Positions 19,259 through 29,343 of a stretch of DNA of 64,000 nt are shown here, one piece after another. The translations under genes were made by a program, and so were the position numbers. Below the pieces are notes generated by a model. It was not told the DNA's origin. It worked only from the letters and a program-made list of their open reading frames with translations, and ran no database searches. The stretch's first letter is position 1; every line of letters begins with the position of its first letter. This DNA is from a virus, in IMG/VR virus record IMGVR_UViG_3300017824_001452. One strand, given 5' to 3'.

Positions 19259-19519
19259 ATGGCAGGTAAATACTTTAATCCAGAGCAAGTTAATAAAATG
19301 AAGCAACTTGTTAATGAAGGCATGGCAGTAATGCAAGAAGTTGAGACACTTAACGGCGGACTCAATGATACTGTAAAAGCAATCGCAGAAGAACTTGAAA
19401 TCAAGCCTTCTATTCTTAAGAAAGCAATTAGAATTGCATACAAAAGCAATCTAATGGACACAAATGCTGACCACGAACAACTGAACGATATCTTGGAGAC
19501 TGTTGGTCGAACTCTTTAA
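19259..19519 (+). CDS. Small DNA-binding protein, T4 DsbA/GapR-like
   Basis: Size, helical pattern (...IAEELEIKPSILKKAIRIAYK...) and position near the polymerase; AGGAG SD. Confidence 0.55.
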   Translation: MAGKYFNPEQVNKMKQLVNEGMAVMQEVETLNGGLNDTVKAIAEELEIKPSILKKAIRIAYKSNLMDTNADHEQLNDILETVGRTL

Positions 19520-20145
19520 TGCCAAGACTTGTCACGTTTGGATGTTCATTTACATACGGCCACAGTTTACCTGACTGTTATATAGGAAATGGACGTCCAG
19601 GTGATTCTCCTAGTAAGTTTGCTTGGCCAAATCTACTAGCAGAAAAGTTAGATTACGAGTGTTTAAATTTATCTGCTTGTGGTTCGGGTAATTATCAAAT
19701 TTTACTAGATATTTTACGGACAGATTTTAAACAGGATGATTTAGTTGTAATAGGATATTCGTATTTTGATAGATATGAAAATTACCTAATGACTGATAAA
19801 ATTGACGCAGGCTTTCAAATAACTTCAGAGTCTAAAGAACTTCAACATAGAATAGAAATCAATAAAGTTATGTTAGGTGAGACAAGTGAAGAACAAAAGT
19901 TTTGGAATAATTGGTTATCCATACAACATGCAGAAATGATATTAAACTCTAAAAATATAAAAAATTATTCGTTTCTCAATGTGCCAGAAATAGCACAAGA
20001 AACAAAACCTGACTTGATCGAAATGCAAAACTTTATCGATCATATCAAATTAACATTTAAGGATTATGCTTTGGACAAAGAACATCCAGGAATTGAGACT
20101 CATCAGTTGCAATCAGAACAACTTTATAGTACAATAGCACTATGA
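19519..20145 (+). CDS. SGNH/GDSL-like hydrolase
   Basis: FGCSFTYG block I, GSGN, D..HP block V. Confidence 0.65.
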   Translation: MPRLVTFGCSFTYGHSLPDCYIGNGRPGDSPSKFAWPNLLAEKLDYECLNLSACGSGNYQILLDILRTDFKQDDLVVIGYSYFDRYENYLMTDKIDAGFQITSESKELQHRIEINKVMLGETSEEQKFWNNWLSIQHAEMILNSKNIKNYSFLNVPEIAQETKPDLIEMQNFIDHIKLTFKDYALDKEHPGIETHQLQSEQLYSTIAL

Positions 20146-22856
20146 GTTATATCGACGCCATACATGATAAATCTGCGGAACGAATACATGTCGTAGAACG
20201 TACCCCTGAGGGTAACAGAGACTTTAAAGAGTATCCTACGAATTATGTTCTGTATTATGAAGATCCTAAGGGCAAACATCGATCACTTTATGGCACTCCT
20301 GTCAAAAAGTTTTCGTCACGTAAACAAGCAGAGTGGGAGAAAGAGAAACGCATCCACGGTAAGAAACGTCTGTTTGAAGCAGACATTCCGATCGTCTTCA
20401 GATGCCTTAGTGAAAACTATCTGAAGGTTGATGCCCCTAAACTGCATACGTGTTTCTTTGATATCGAGGTAGACTTTGATCCTAGTAGAGGATTCTCTCC
20501 TCCAAGTGATCCATTCAATCCTGTGACTGCTGTTAGTCTATACTTAGACTGGCTTGATCAGTTAGTATGTCTTGCAGTTCCCCCTAAGCATATGACGTAT
20601 GAGACTGCACAAGAAGCAATCGCAGAGTTCCCTGATACTATGTTGTTCAGAACAGAGAAAGAATTGTTTGATGCATTCTTTTCTTTAATCGAAGATGCAG
20701 ATGTGTTGTCAGGTTGGAACTCAGAAGGATATGATATTCCGTATATGGTCAATCGTGTTACACGTGTGATGTCTAAAGATGATACACGTAGATTTTGTCT
20801 GTTAGGGCAGTATCCTAAGAAACGTAAATATGAACGATTTGGTAAAGAAGAAGAAACGTTTGACTTAGTTGGTCGTATTCACTTAGACTATCTACAACTC
20901 TATAAAAAGTACAACTATGAATCTCGCCATAGTTATAAACTAGATGCGATTGGTGAAATGGAAGTTGGTGAAAAGAAGACTGAGTATGAAGGGTCACTAG
21001 ATCAACTGTACAACAAAGACTTTAAAAAGTTCATCGAATATAACAGACAGGATACATTACTGCTTAAGAAACTAGATGATAAGTTGCAGTTCTTAGAACT
21101 TGCTAATCAACTGGCGCATGAAAATACTGTGTTGCTTCCAACTGTTATGGGCTCAGTTGCTATGATTGAAATGGCAGTGATGAATGAAGCACATGAACGT
21201 GGCATGGTTGTACCCAATAAGATAAGACAGAATATCAATACAATCAGTGAAGGACAAGCGGCAGGTGCTTATGTGATGAATCCTAAGAAAGGACTACATG
21301 AGTGGATAGGCTCTATTGATATTAACTCACTTTATCCTTCAACTATTCGTGCATTGAACATGGCTCCAGAGACAATCGTCGGGCAAGTCAGACAGACTCT
21401 TACTGAACAATATATGCAAGAGAAAGGACTGGAACTGGCTAAGAAGAAACCTAGATACAAAGAAGGTGATGCTCCAGTAGAAGGACCCGTACTATGGGAA
21501 GGTCTTTTCGGCTCACTAGAGTACACTGCCATTCAAAATCAGGAACGTGGCACTATGCTGACGATTGATTATGAAGATGGCAGAGAAGAACAGATGAGTG
21601 CCGCAGAAGCATGGAAGATGATTTACGATTCTAATAATCCTTATATCCTTAGTGCAAATGGTACAATCTTTAGATCAGATACTGAAGGTGTGATTCCTGG
21701 ACTGTTATCTAAATGGTATTCTGATCGTAAGATTATGCAAGGTAAACTCAGAGAAGCAACTACAAAAGAAGACATTGAGTATTGGGACAAACGTCAGTTA
21801 GTTCGTAAAATTTTGCTTAACTCTGCATATGGTGCACTTTTGAATGAGCATTGTCGATTCTATGATAAACGCATAGGACAAAGTACAACACTCACAGGTC
21901 GTTCTATCACTAAGCATATGTCAGCATTTGTTAATGAAATAATGACTGGTAAATATGATCACACAGGTGACTCAATGATTTATGGTGATACTGACTCATG
22001 TTACTTTAGTGCATGGCCCATGCTTAAAGATGATCTTCCAGCAGATATGTCATTAGAAGACAAAAAGCAGACATTTATTGACTTGTATGAAAGTATGTCT
22101 GACCAATGTAATGTATCGTTTCCTGGCTTTATGGAAAAAGCATTTCATTGTCCACGTGACAAAGGTATGATTATCAAAGGTGGCAGAGAAGTCTGTGGTG
22201 ACAGAGGATTGTTTATTACTAAGAAAAGATATGCAATCAATATCTATGATGCAGAAAATAAACGTACTGACAAAGATGGTGCGATGAAAGTTAAGGCAAT
22301 GGGCTTAGACTTAAAGAGAGCAGATACTCCTGCATATGTACAAGACTTCTTAATGGAAGTTTTAGAAATGACACTATCAGGTAAACAACGTGATGATATT
22401 ATCGAAAAGATTAAAGAGTTTAAAATATCATTAGGTCAACAGGATTCTTGGACAAAAGGTTCTCCTAAGTCTGTTAACAAATTGACATATTATACTGAAC
22501 TAGAAAAGAAATCTAAGACTGGTCGAGCAAACATGCCGGGTCACGTAAGAGCGGCAATGAATTGGAACACACTTAAAAGAATACATGATGACAATTATTC
22601 AATGGAGATCATGGATGGATTCAAAGTAGTAGTATGTAAACTCAAAACTAATGCGTTAGGTTATACGAGTATTGCATACCCTACAGATCAACTTAGACTT
22701 CCTGAATGGTTCAAAGACATGCCATTTGATGACAACTTAATGGAGTCTACTTTAGTAGATGAAAAAATCAGCAACTTGCTAGGAGTTCTTAAATGGGACT
22801 TACGAGCAAACACAGACACTAATTCAACGTTTGATGAGTTGTTTAGTTTCGGGTAA
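20142..22856 (+). CDS. polB: Family B DNA polymerase (T4 gp43-like)
   Basis: ExoI FFDIEV, ExoII GWNSEGYD, ExoIII YNRQD, DINSLYPS, KILLNSAYG, YGDTDS, KKRY. Confidence 0.97.
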   Translation: MSYIDAIHDKSAERIHVVERTPEGNRDFKEYPTNYVLYYEDPKGKHRSLYGTPVKKFSSRKQAEWEKEKRIHGKKRLFEADIPIVFRCLSENYLKVDAPKLHTCFFDIEVDFDPSRGFSPPSDPFNPVTAVSLYLDWLDQLVCLAVPPKHMTYETAQEAIAEFPDTMLFRTEKELFDAFFSLIEDADVLSGWNSEGYDIPYMVNRVTRVMSKDDTRRFCLLGQYPKKRKYERFGKEEETFDLVGRIHLDYLQLYKKYNYESRHSYKLDAIGEMEVGEKKTEYEGSLDQLYNKDFKKFIEYNRQDTLLLKKLDDKLQFLELANQLAHENTVLLPTVMGSVAMIEMAVMNEAHERGMVVPNKIRQNINTISEGQAAGAYVMNPKKGLHEWIGSIDINSLYPSTIRALNMAPETIVGQVRQTLTEQYMQEKGLELAKKKPRYKEGDAPVEGPVLWEGLFGSLEYTAIQNQERGTMLTIDYEDGREEQMSAAEAWKMIYDSNNPYILSANGTIFRSDTEGVIPGLLSKWYSDRKIMQGKLREATTKEDIEYWDKRQLVRKILLNSAYGALLNEHCRFYDKRIGQSTTLTGRSITKHMSAFVNEIMTGKYDHTGDSMIYGDTDSCYFSAWPMLKDDLPADMSLEDKKQTFIDLYESMSDQCNVSFPGFMEKAFHCPRDKGMIIKGGREVCGDRGLFITKKRYAINIYDAENKRTDKDGAMKVKAMGLDLKRADTPAYVQDFLMEVLEMTLSGKQRDDIIEKIKEFKISLGQQDSWTKGSPKSVNKLTYYTELEKKSKTGRANMPGHVRAAMNWNTLKRIHDDNYSMEIMDGFKVVVCKLKTNALGYTSIAYPTDQLRLPEWFKDMPFDDNLMESTLVDEKISNLLGVLKWDLRANTDTNSTFDELFSFG

Positions 22857-22874
22857 ATCACATGTCCAAAACAT

Positions 22875-22903
22875 TTGCTTTACACAATAAATCCAGATAT
22901 AAT
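22875..22903 (+). promoter_or_regulatory. sigma70-type promoter (GGGTAAAT box at 22851)
   Basis: TTGCTT-N17-TATAAT. Confidence 0.6.
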
Positions 22904-22942
22904 ACACAGTATATCTACCTAAATACATTACGAGGAGTATAA

Positions 22943-23677
22943 ATGAAAGATAACTTATTAGACATCATCGGTTACACGCATAGTCTAGGCATCATTGATC
23001 TAGTAAAGATCGTGGGAACTGATACAGAAACTGAAATTCATGCAATTGCAGAAGATAAATCTGTTATTGTGACAGGCAAAACTAAAACGCCTGTTGCAGA
23101 TTTTATCGGAACATTTGGTATGCCGAATCTAACTAAACTAAAAACTATTTTAGGCTTTGATGTCTACAATGATGATAGTTCTACAATCGACATGACTAAA
23201 GCAAACAAAGATGGCAACGAAGTTCCTAGTGCAATTCACTTTGCAACTAAGCAAGGAGATTTTGTTAACGACTATCGTTTGATGTCACAAGCAATCATCG
23301 AAGAAAAAGTAAGAAATGTTACTTTCAAAGGTGCTAATTGGGACGTAGAATTTGAACCAACAGTTGCAGGTATCATGCGTTTAAAAATGCAGGCACAAGC
23401 AAACTCTGAAGAATTGAACTTTACTACTAAAACAGAAGATGGCGATCTTAAAATCTTTTTTGGTGATCCTTCAACTCACTCAGGTAATTTTGTATTTCAA
23501 CCTACAGTAACAGGTGAACTTACAAGAGCATGGATGTGGCCTGTTAAGGTATTCTTGTCTATTATGGATTTGCCAGGTGACAAGACTGTACGTATTTCTG
23601 ATCAAGGTGCGGCTCAAATTACAGTAGACAGTGGTTACACAATTTACGAATATCTCTTGCCGGCACAAGCCAAGTAA
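22943..23677 (+). CDS. Sliding clamp (gp45/PCNA-like)
   Basis: 244 aa with alternating beta/alpha pattern, directly after the polymerase; ends with YEYLLPAQ, like clamp C-termini. Confidence 0.7.
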   Translation: MKDNLLDIIGYTHSLGIIDLVKIVGTDTETEIHAIAEDKSVIVTGKTKTPVADFIGTFGMPNLTKLKTILGFDVYNDDSSTIDMTKANKDGNEVPSAIHFATKQGDFVNDYRLMSQAIIEEKVRNVTFKGANWDVEFEPTVAGIMRLKMQAQANSEELNFTTKTEDGDLKIFFGDPSTHSGNFVFQPTVTGELTRAWMWPVKVFLSIMDLPGDKTVRISDQGAAQITVDSGYTIYEYLLPAQAK

Positions 23678-24379
23678 TTGATTATTCAACGTAGCAACAC
23701 TCATTGGGAACAGCCCGAGTTTTGGACTAGGGGAAACCATACACAACAAGTGGTTAGAAGTCAAGGCTTGTGCAATGATATTGTGGGGACTCATTATTCA
23801 TATATCCCTATCGGCAAAGTAGCATCAACGTTTATGTCAGAATTTTTGGCACAGTTAAAGTGGATCAATACTGCATATAATTACAATGATGTTGATAAAC
23901 ATCGTACTCCTAAAAAGTATATGGTTATTTTGCGAGATCCAGTAGAACGTTGGTGTTCTGGTATTGTAGAGTACTTGGTTAATCATCGTAGTTTTATAGA
24001 AGGCAGGGATAATCACGGATGGACTCTACAAGATAGAGAAATGCTAGATTTTATCTTTGGTGTTGCAAAGTTTGACAGACACACGTGTTCTCAGGTAGAT
24101 TATCTGCACGGCTTAGATACAAACGATTGTGTATTCTTTAAACTAGATAATAATTTTGAAGATACAATGAAACGGTTTGCAGAAAAAGAATTACATTCAC
24201 CCATAAATGATGTAATTATTAGAGATTTTGCATATAATACATCAGAAAGAGAAACACACAAAAAACTTAGGAATACAATTGATTTTCAAATTAAAAATAA
24301 TCCTAGGTATATGAAGAGGATAAAAGATCATTTTGCAGATGATCTTGTGTTGTTTAATCAAGTAACATTTTATGAATAA
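23678..24379 (+). CDS. Sulfotransferase family 2-like protein
   Basis: YIPIGKVAST (5'-PSB-like) and LRDPVERWCS (3'-PB-like). Confidence 0.65.
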   Translation: MIIQRSNTHWEQPEFWTRGNHTQQVVRSQGLCNDIVGTHYSYIPIGKVASTFMSEFLAQLKWINTAYNYNDVDKHRTPKKYMVILRDPVERWCSGIVEYLVNHRSFIEGRDNHGWTLQDREMLDFIFGVAKFDRHTCSQVDYLHGLDTNDCVFFKLDNNFEDTMKRFAEKELHSPINDVIIRDFAYNTSERETHKKLRNTIDFQIKNNPRYMKRIKDHFADDLVLFNQVTFYE

Positions 24380-25928
24380 CGAGAATATGGCAGAACAAAT
24401 CAATCTTTCAAAAGAGCATAAGGCAGATTGGGCACTATTTTTGCCTGCAGTCAGTAGTTTTTTTATTACTGGCTTAGGTAAGCAAAGGTGTGGGGAAGAC
24501 TATTTCCCACAAGAACGTATACCTGCAGGGTTCAATGGAGACGTAGAACGTCTTAATTTCTTAAACTCTAAAGAAGGTTTGTTCACTTATAAGTGGGGAT
24601 TGTATTCTGCTGGCCATGCAGACTTAGATGTAACTAAGGACATTCCTGCTGAATCTATCATACGTGATAGAGAAGAGGGTACGTTTATGTTAGGCGACTC
24701 TGGTGGTTTTCAGATTATGAAAGGTCAATGGCCTGCTGACTGGAAGAATCCTGATTGTCCTAAAGCACTTGAGCAACGTAAAAAAGTTCTTACGTGGATG
24801 GACACGTATATGGACTATGGCATGTGTTTAGACATACCCTCACAGACTGTGCGAAATCAACATCTGTATGATAAGCACGGTATTAAAACCATAGAGGAAG
24901 CCGCACTGGCAACGCATATCAACAACGATTACTTTATACATAATCGTAATGGTAACTGCAAGTTTTTAAATGTCTTGCAGGGGTTAAATCATACGCAGTC
25001 AGATAACTGGTATGAGGAAATGAAGATGTATTGCGATCCGAATAAGTACCCAGATAATCATTTTAATGGTTGGGCATTTGGTGGTCAAAATAAAATTGAC
25101 ATACATCTTACCTTAAAAAGAATCGTTGGTATTATACATGATGGACTGTTAGAACCCGGAAAGCATGACCTTATTCATTGCTTAGGTACATCTATCTTAG
25201 AATATGCTGTCCTGTTTTCTGATATTCAGAAAGCAGTAAGAAAGTATCACAATCCAAACTTACAGATTACGTTTGATTGTGCAAGTCCTTTCTTTGGTGC
25301 GGCTAAAGGGTTGGCATACTTTAACTCTAATATGGAACACAATACTAAGTGGACATACTCTATGGAAAAGACTGCTGAGAGCAAAGACTTTGATCAGGAC
25401 ATGCGTAAATTCAGTGACGCCGTATTAGCAGAGGGCATACATGAAACGTTTGCAGACTCTCCTGTCACTAACGCAATGGTTATGAAGGACCTTTGTTATC
25501 GTGGTCATGGTTTCTTAAACAAGCACGGGAAAGAAACTAAAACGTCTTGGGACACACTAAGTTATACGTTGTTACAAGCACACAATGTATATCAACATAT
25601 GTTTGCGGTACAAGAAGCCAACAGACAATATGATAATGGTGTTGTCCCTGCAATGTTGATGAATGAAACATTTGATCGTGTTAGATTTGGAGACGTTGTT
25701 GATGAAATCTTTGCTCTTAAAGATAGACAAAAATCATTAGACTTGATCGATCAACATAGCAGACTATGGATGCAAATTCAATCAGGATCACAAGGATTTT
25801 CAGGTAAAAGGGCTATCAATGCAGGAACAATGTTTGATCAACTTTTTTCTGTAGAAGAAGAAACACCCATAAATAATGATGAAGAACACGAAGACAGTGA
25901 TGAATTAATGCAGGGTGTTGATGAATAA
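24372..25928 (+). CDS. dpdA: DpdA/TGT-family 7-deazaguanine DNA transglycosylase
   Basis: GDSGGFQ, MCLDIP, VLQG, WAFGG, IHCLG, FDCASP TGT-fold motifs; lies next to the polymerase and with folE/queD/queE. Confidence 0.82.
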   Translation: MNNENMAEQINLSKEHKADWALFLPAVSSFFITGLGKQRCGEDYFPQERIPAGFNGDVERLNFLNSKEGLFTYKWGLYSAGHADLDVTKDIPAESIIRDREEGTFMLGDSGGFQIMKGQWPADWKNPDCPKALEQRKKVLTWMDTYMDYGMCLDIPSQTVRNQHLYDKHGIKTIEEAALATHINNDYFIHNRNGNCKFLNVLQGLNHTQSDNWYEEMKMYCDPNKYPDNHFNGWAFGGQNKIDIHLTLKRIVGIIHDGLLEPGKHDLIHCLGTSILEYAVLFSDIQKAVRKYHNPNLQITFDCASPFFGAAKGLAYFNSNMEHNTKWTYSMEKTAESKDFDQDMRKFSDAVLAEGIHETFADSPVTNAMVMKDLCYRGHGFLNKHGKETKTSWDTLSYTLLQAHNVYQHMFAVQEANRQYDNGVVPAMLMNETFDRVRFGDVVDEIFALKDRQKSLDLIDQHSRLWMQIQSGSQGFSGKRAINAGTMFDQLFSVEEETPINNDEEHEDSDELMQGVDE

Positions 25929-25944
25929 ATGGGTAAATGCAGTA

Positions 25945-25973
25945 TTGACAACAATGCAAAAACCTAGTATTAT
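25945..25973 (+). promoter_or_regulatory. sigma70-type promoter (GGGTAAAT box at 25931)
   Basis: TTGACA-N17-TATTAT. Confidence 0.65.
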
Positions 25974-25978
25974 GAGTA

Positions 25979-26074
25979 ATGATAGAAATATTGTTTTGGA
26001 GTTTGATAGTTGTTACATGGGCATCATATGGCATGCATGTAATAAGACAATACATCAGACATCATTTGGAGTAA
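25979..26074 (+). CDS. 31-aa single-pass membrane peptide
   Basis: MIEILFWSLIVVTWASYGMHVIRQYIRHHLE; ATG 5 nt after the -10; not in ORF track. Confidence 0.5.
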   Translation: MIEILFWSLIVVTWASYGMHVIRQYIRHHLE

Positions 26075-26081
26075 AAGAAAT

Positions 26082-26489
26082 ATGAATACAAGAGTTAAAA
26101 AGCCAAGTTTGTTTAGAAGGACAGTTATGTTTTTGGTTAATTCTTGGAGACGTGTAATGGATGTGAGATATAATCCAATCGGTAAAATCCCTGATCCAAG
26201 TCTACAAACATATTTCATGTTAGTATTGTTTACTGTATGGAGTGTATGGTTTGGATTCTTAGCATCTAATTACTTAGGTTTCTTTAACTACAATACTGTA
26301 GTCAGTATTATTATTCACATTTCTATTCTGCTTCCACTAGCATTCACTAACGCAGTCTTTGTTGATGCAGAACGTGACGGACATAAGTGGCTTAAAGAAT
26401 GGAAAGAAGAACAAAACAGATACACATTGGTAACAAATAGATTGCGTAAAAAAAATCTGACTATTTGGGACCCTAGCAAGGAAGCATAA
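26082..26489 (+). CDS. Hypothetical membrane protein (2 TM)
   Basis: Two hydrophobic segments; packed in the operon. Confidence 0.75.
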   Translation: MNTRVKKPSLFRRTVMFLVNSWRRVMDVRYNPIGKIPDPSLQTYFMLVLFTVWSVWFGFLASNYLGFFNYNTVVSIIIHISILLPLAFTNAVFVDAERDGHKWLKEWKEEQNRYTLVTNRLRKKNLTIWDPSKEA

Positions 26490-26878
26490 TGAGAAGTATA
26501 TGGGTAACATTTAGCAAAGAGGGTGTACATAAGTATCCCGGTGCTGATACAGATCCTAAGTTAGCAACAGGCGACTGGGACGATGTATCATTTTTAGGTT
26601 ACCCACACAGACATATTTTTCATTTTAAAGTATGGATCGAAGTCTACCATGATGATAGAGATATTGAATTCATACAATTCAAACGTTGGTTGGAAAGACT
26701 GTACGAAGAAGTAGAAAGCAGTACAGGTGTCTTACAACTAGATCACAAATCCTGTGAAATGATTGCTGACGAACTGGCAAGTGAAATAAATTTAAAGTAT
26801 CCAGGTCGTTGGCTTAAAATTTCGGTAGCCGAAGATAATGAAAACGGTTGCGAAATGGAGTATCAGTATAATGACTGA
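26489..26878 (+). CDS. dpdL: Second QueD-like T-fold protein, DpdL-like (candidate CDG decarboxylase)
   Basis: LGYPHRHIF matches LxxxHRHxF; also IEFIQFK, SCEMIA and VAEDNENG QueD-like motifs; close to dpdA. Confidence 0.65.
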   Translation: MRSIWVTFSKEGVHKYPGADTDPKLATGDWDDVSFLGYPHRHIFHFKVWIEVYHDDRDIEFIQFKRWLERLYEEVESSTGVLQLDHKSCEMIADELASEINLKYPGRWLKISVAEDNENGCEMEYQYND

Positions 26879-26920
26879 TATTAACTTAAATAGTAATATG
26901 AGAATACAAGGAATATTACG

Positions 26921-27139
26921 ATGTCAAACCCTAAAACTATCAAAGTTTTTGAGGACCTTGAGGCTTTTACAGCCTTCTGTAAAGAATACGGGTATAAGGT
27001 TAAACCCGAATGTCTTTACAACAAGAGTAGTCGCATTTGGCGACTGTATAGTCAACGATATTTGGCAGGGAAACCCGTCAGGAACATGTGGGAGATAGAT
27101 GGCCAGAAATACGAAAAAAGACGACACTACAAAAGGTAG
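26921..27139 (+). CDS. Small basic hypothetical protein
   Basis: AAGGA SD; packed ORF. Confidence 0.7.
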   Translation: MSNPKTIKVFEDLEAFTAFCKEYGYKVKPECLYNKSSRIWRLYSQRYLAGKPVRNMWEIDGQKYEKRRHYKR

Positions 27140-28142
27140 CAAGAAAATGACTGCTAAAAAAACTGTAGCAAAGAAGACGCCTGCTAAAAAGCCGGCAACT
27201 AAAAAAGCGCCTACAAAGACAGTCAAAAAGAAAGCACCAGTCGCAACAAAGAAAACTGTTGAAAAGGCAGTTGAACCGAAACCAGTCTTGCAAAAGATTG
27301 AAATGCCGAAAACTCCTACAAGAGAAAATGGCACAGTAGTCTTAGTAACAGGTGGTTTTGATCCTATGCATTCAGGTCATTTAGATTATATCGATGCCGC
27401 TAAAGAATTAGGTCGTGAGGAATCATGGCATGGCGCTAAAGTAGTAGTCGGTGTCAATAGTGATGATTGGCTTGTTCGTAAGAAAGGCAAGTGTTTTATG
27501 CCTGTCGAAGAACGAGTACGACTGCTATTAGCATTGCGTAATGTAGATCAAGTAATCACATTTGATGATTCGGACGATTCCAGCATGAATGCTATCCATA
27601 TTACTAGACATATGTTCCCGGATGAGCATATAATATTTGCTAATGGCGGAGATAGAACTAGTGCTAACATTAAAGAAATGAACTATCCAGATACAAATGT
27701 ATCATTTTCATTTGGAGTAGGTGGAGATAAAACTCAATCTAGTTCTAGTCTTTTAGGTGAATGGGCGGCTCCTCGAACTGAACGTGATTGGGGTTACTAT
27801 CGTGTACTGCATGAGTTTAGTAGAGAAGTCAAAGTTAAGGAACTAACAGTTGATCCTGGCGCATCGTTAAGTATGCAAAGGCATCAAGGCAGGGGAGAGT
27901 TTTGGTTTGTTGCTAGTGGTGTTGCTACAGTTTATACAGTAGCATATCCCAATGATCCTAAACGTGATATCGGTGACATTTTAGTTGGTAAGTTTGGTAA
28001 ACATGATTCAACTTGGATTCCAGTGAATGAATGGCACAGACTAGTTAATAACGAAAGTGAACCACTTACTGTATGTGAAATTCAATTTGGAGATAACTGT
28101 ATTGAAGAAGATATTGAACGAGTGTTTAGACCTAAGGGGTAA
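27099..28142 (+). CDS. HxGH cytidylyltransferase fused to mannose-6-P isomerase-type cupin, with Lys/Ala-rich N-terminal tail
   Basis: TGGFDPMHSGH, GVNSD, FANGGDR; RDWGYYRVL, SLSMQRH, WHRLVN, EIQFG..C.EEDIER. Start is 27099 or 27147. Confidence 0.85.
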   Translation: MARNTKKDDTTKGSKKMTAKKTVAKKTPAKKPATKKAPTKTVKKKAPVATKKTVEKAVEPKPVLQKIEMPKTPTRENGTVVLVTGGFDPMHSGHLDYIDAAKELGREESWHGAKVVVGVNSDDWLVRKKGKCFMPVEERVRLLLALRNVDQVITFDDSDDSSMNAIHITRHMFPDEHIIFANGGDRTSANIKEMNYPDTNVSFSFGVGGDKTQSSSSLLGEWAAPRTERDWGYYRVLHEFSREVKVKELTVDPGASLSMQRHQGRGEFWFVASGVATVYTVAYPNDPKRDIGDILVGKFGKHDSTWIPVNEWHRLVNNESEPLTVCEIQFGDNCIEEDIERVFRPKG

Positions 28143-28144
28143 TT

Positions 28145-29335
28145 ATGCGTAAACTATATTACATGGGCTTAGAACCCTACGAAGCAAGATACACATTACA
28201 ACTGCAACAGTGGAATACTGAAGCATTTGACAAACGTAAACTTGACTACGTAGTTGTTCCAGGTGAACTATTAACAACTGATCAGTCCATTGTAACAGGT
28301 CAAGTATTAGACGCACACGGTCGTTCATACTTTGGTATGTCACAAATGATGTCATTAGTTAAACTGATGAAAGAAGGCGAAGTAACAAGTGAAGACTGTA
28401 TCTTCTTTGAAGATATGTTTCAGCCAGGTATTGAATCACTTCCTTATATAATGAATCAAGTTTCAGAAGAACACAGACCTAAAGTCTTTGTAAGATGTTT
28501 AGCACAGTCTGTTGATCCAGATGATTTCGTACATGTCTGGGGCATGGAGAAATGGATGAGTTTGTATGAGAAAATGGTCAATGAATTTGTAACAGGTGTC
28601 TTAGCAACTAATGAAGAAATGGTTGCACATATGAAGATTGCAGGTTGGACTGCTCCTATCTATAATATTTCAGGTCTTGCATTTGGTAAAGAAGAAGTGC
28701 GTAGACGATTACTAGAACTAGAAGAATTCAAACCCTTTGAAGAACGTAAAATGCGAGTGGCGTTTACTGCTCGTTGGGACCAAGAGAAACAACCTGACTT
28801 TTATATGGATCTTATTGAAGAATGGTATGCTAGATATGGTAAGAAGCATGGTATTGAATTCTGTCTACTATCAGGTGGAGAGTTAAGAAGCAATAATGAT
28901 TCGTACATGAAACGTACAAAGAAATTGCAGAAACAAAAGAAACTAGTTATCCATGAGAATCTATCTAAGAATGATTACTATAGAATTCTGAACGATACTA
29001 GAGTTGTATTTAATTGTGCATTACAAGACTGGGTAAGTAATACAGTCTCTGAAGGTGATGCATTAGGATGTAATGTTTTATTCCCTGCGTACAGAAGTTT
29101 CCCTGAAACGTTTGCTAATGACAGGGATAGACTTTATATTCCATGGTCAATTGATGATGTGATCGATAAGATGCATCCTCTATTGGGTATTCAACATCAA
29201 AATCAAGGTAAAATTAGTGATTGGACTAATGGCACTATTGATCGTTGTATCGACATCATGCAAGGTAAAGGTGAACAATGGTTGCGTATGTCAGCCGATT
29301 ACAGAAAACATACTAGAGAAAACAAATTTAAATAG
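28145..29335 (+). CDS. GT-B glycosyltransferase (candidate DNA-modifying)
   Basis: FTARWDQEKQP, FNCALQDWVSNTVSEG..LGC..LFP.YRSFPE GT4-like C-terminal motifs. Confidence 0.75.
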   Translation: MRKLYYMGLEPYEARYTLQLQQWNTEAFDKRKLDYVVVPGELLTTDQSIVTGQVLDAHGRSYFGMSQMMSLVKLMKEGEVTSEDCIFFEDMFQPGIESLPYIMNQVSEEHRPKVFVRCLAQSVDPDDFVHVWGMEKWMSLYEKMVNEFVTGVLATNEEMVAHMKIAGWTAPIYNISGLAFGKEEVRRRLLELEEFKPFEERKMRVAFTARWDQEKQPDFYMDLIEEWYARYGKKHGIEFCLLSGGELRSNNDSYMKRTKKLQKQKKLVIHENLSKNDYYRILNDTRVVFNCALQDWVSNTVSEGDALGCNVLFPAYRSFPETFANDRDRLYIPWSIDDVIDKMHPLLGIQHQNQGKISDWTNGTIDRCIDIMQGKGEQWLRMSADYRKHTRENKFK

Positions 29336-29343
29336 GAATAATT

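Noticed and set aside
20142-22856. Intein or intron in the polymerase (also checked ligase and ClpX)
   Set aside because: Lengths are normal, motifs are contiguous, and no intein terminal motifs are present. The ligase has only a short low-complexity insertion.
26924-27334. Minus-strand ORFs here and other short antisense or alternate-frame ORFs in the track (e.g. 37406..37858, 47850..48272, 49206..49397)
   Set aside because: They overlap well-supported genes or terminator/promoter elements and lack SDs or motifs.
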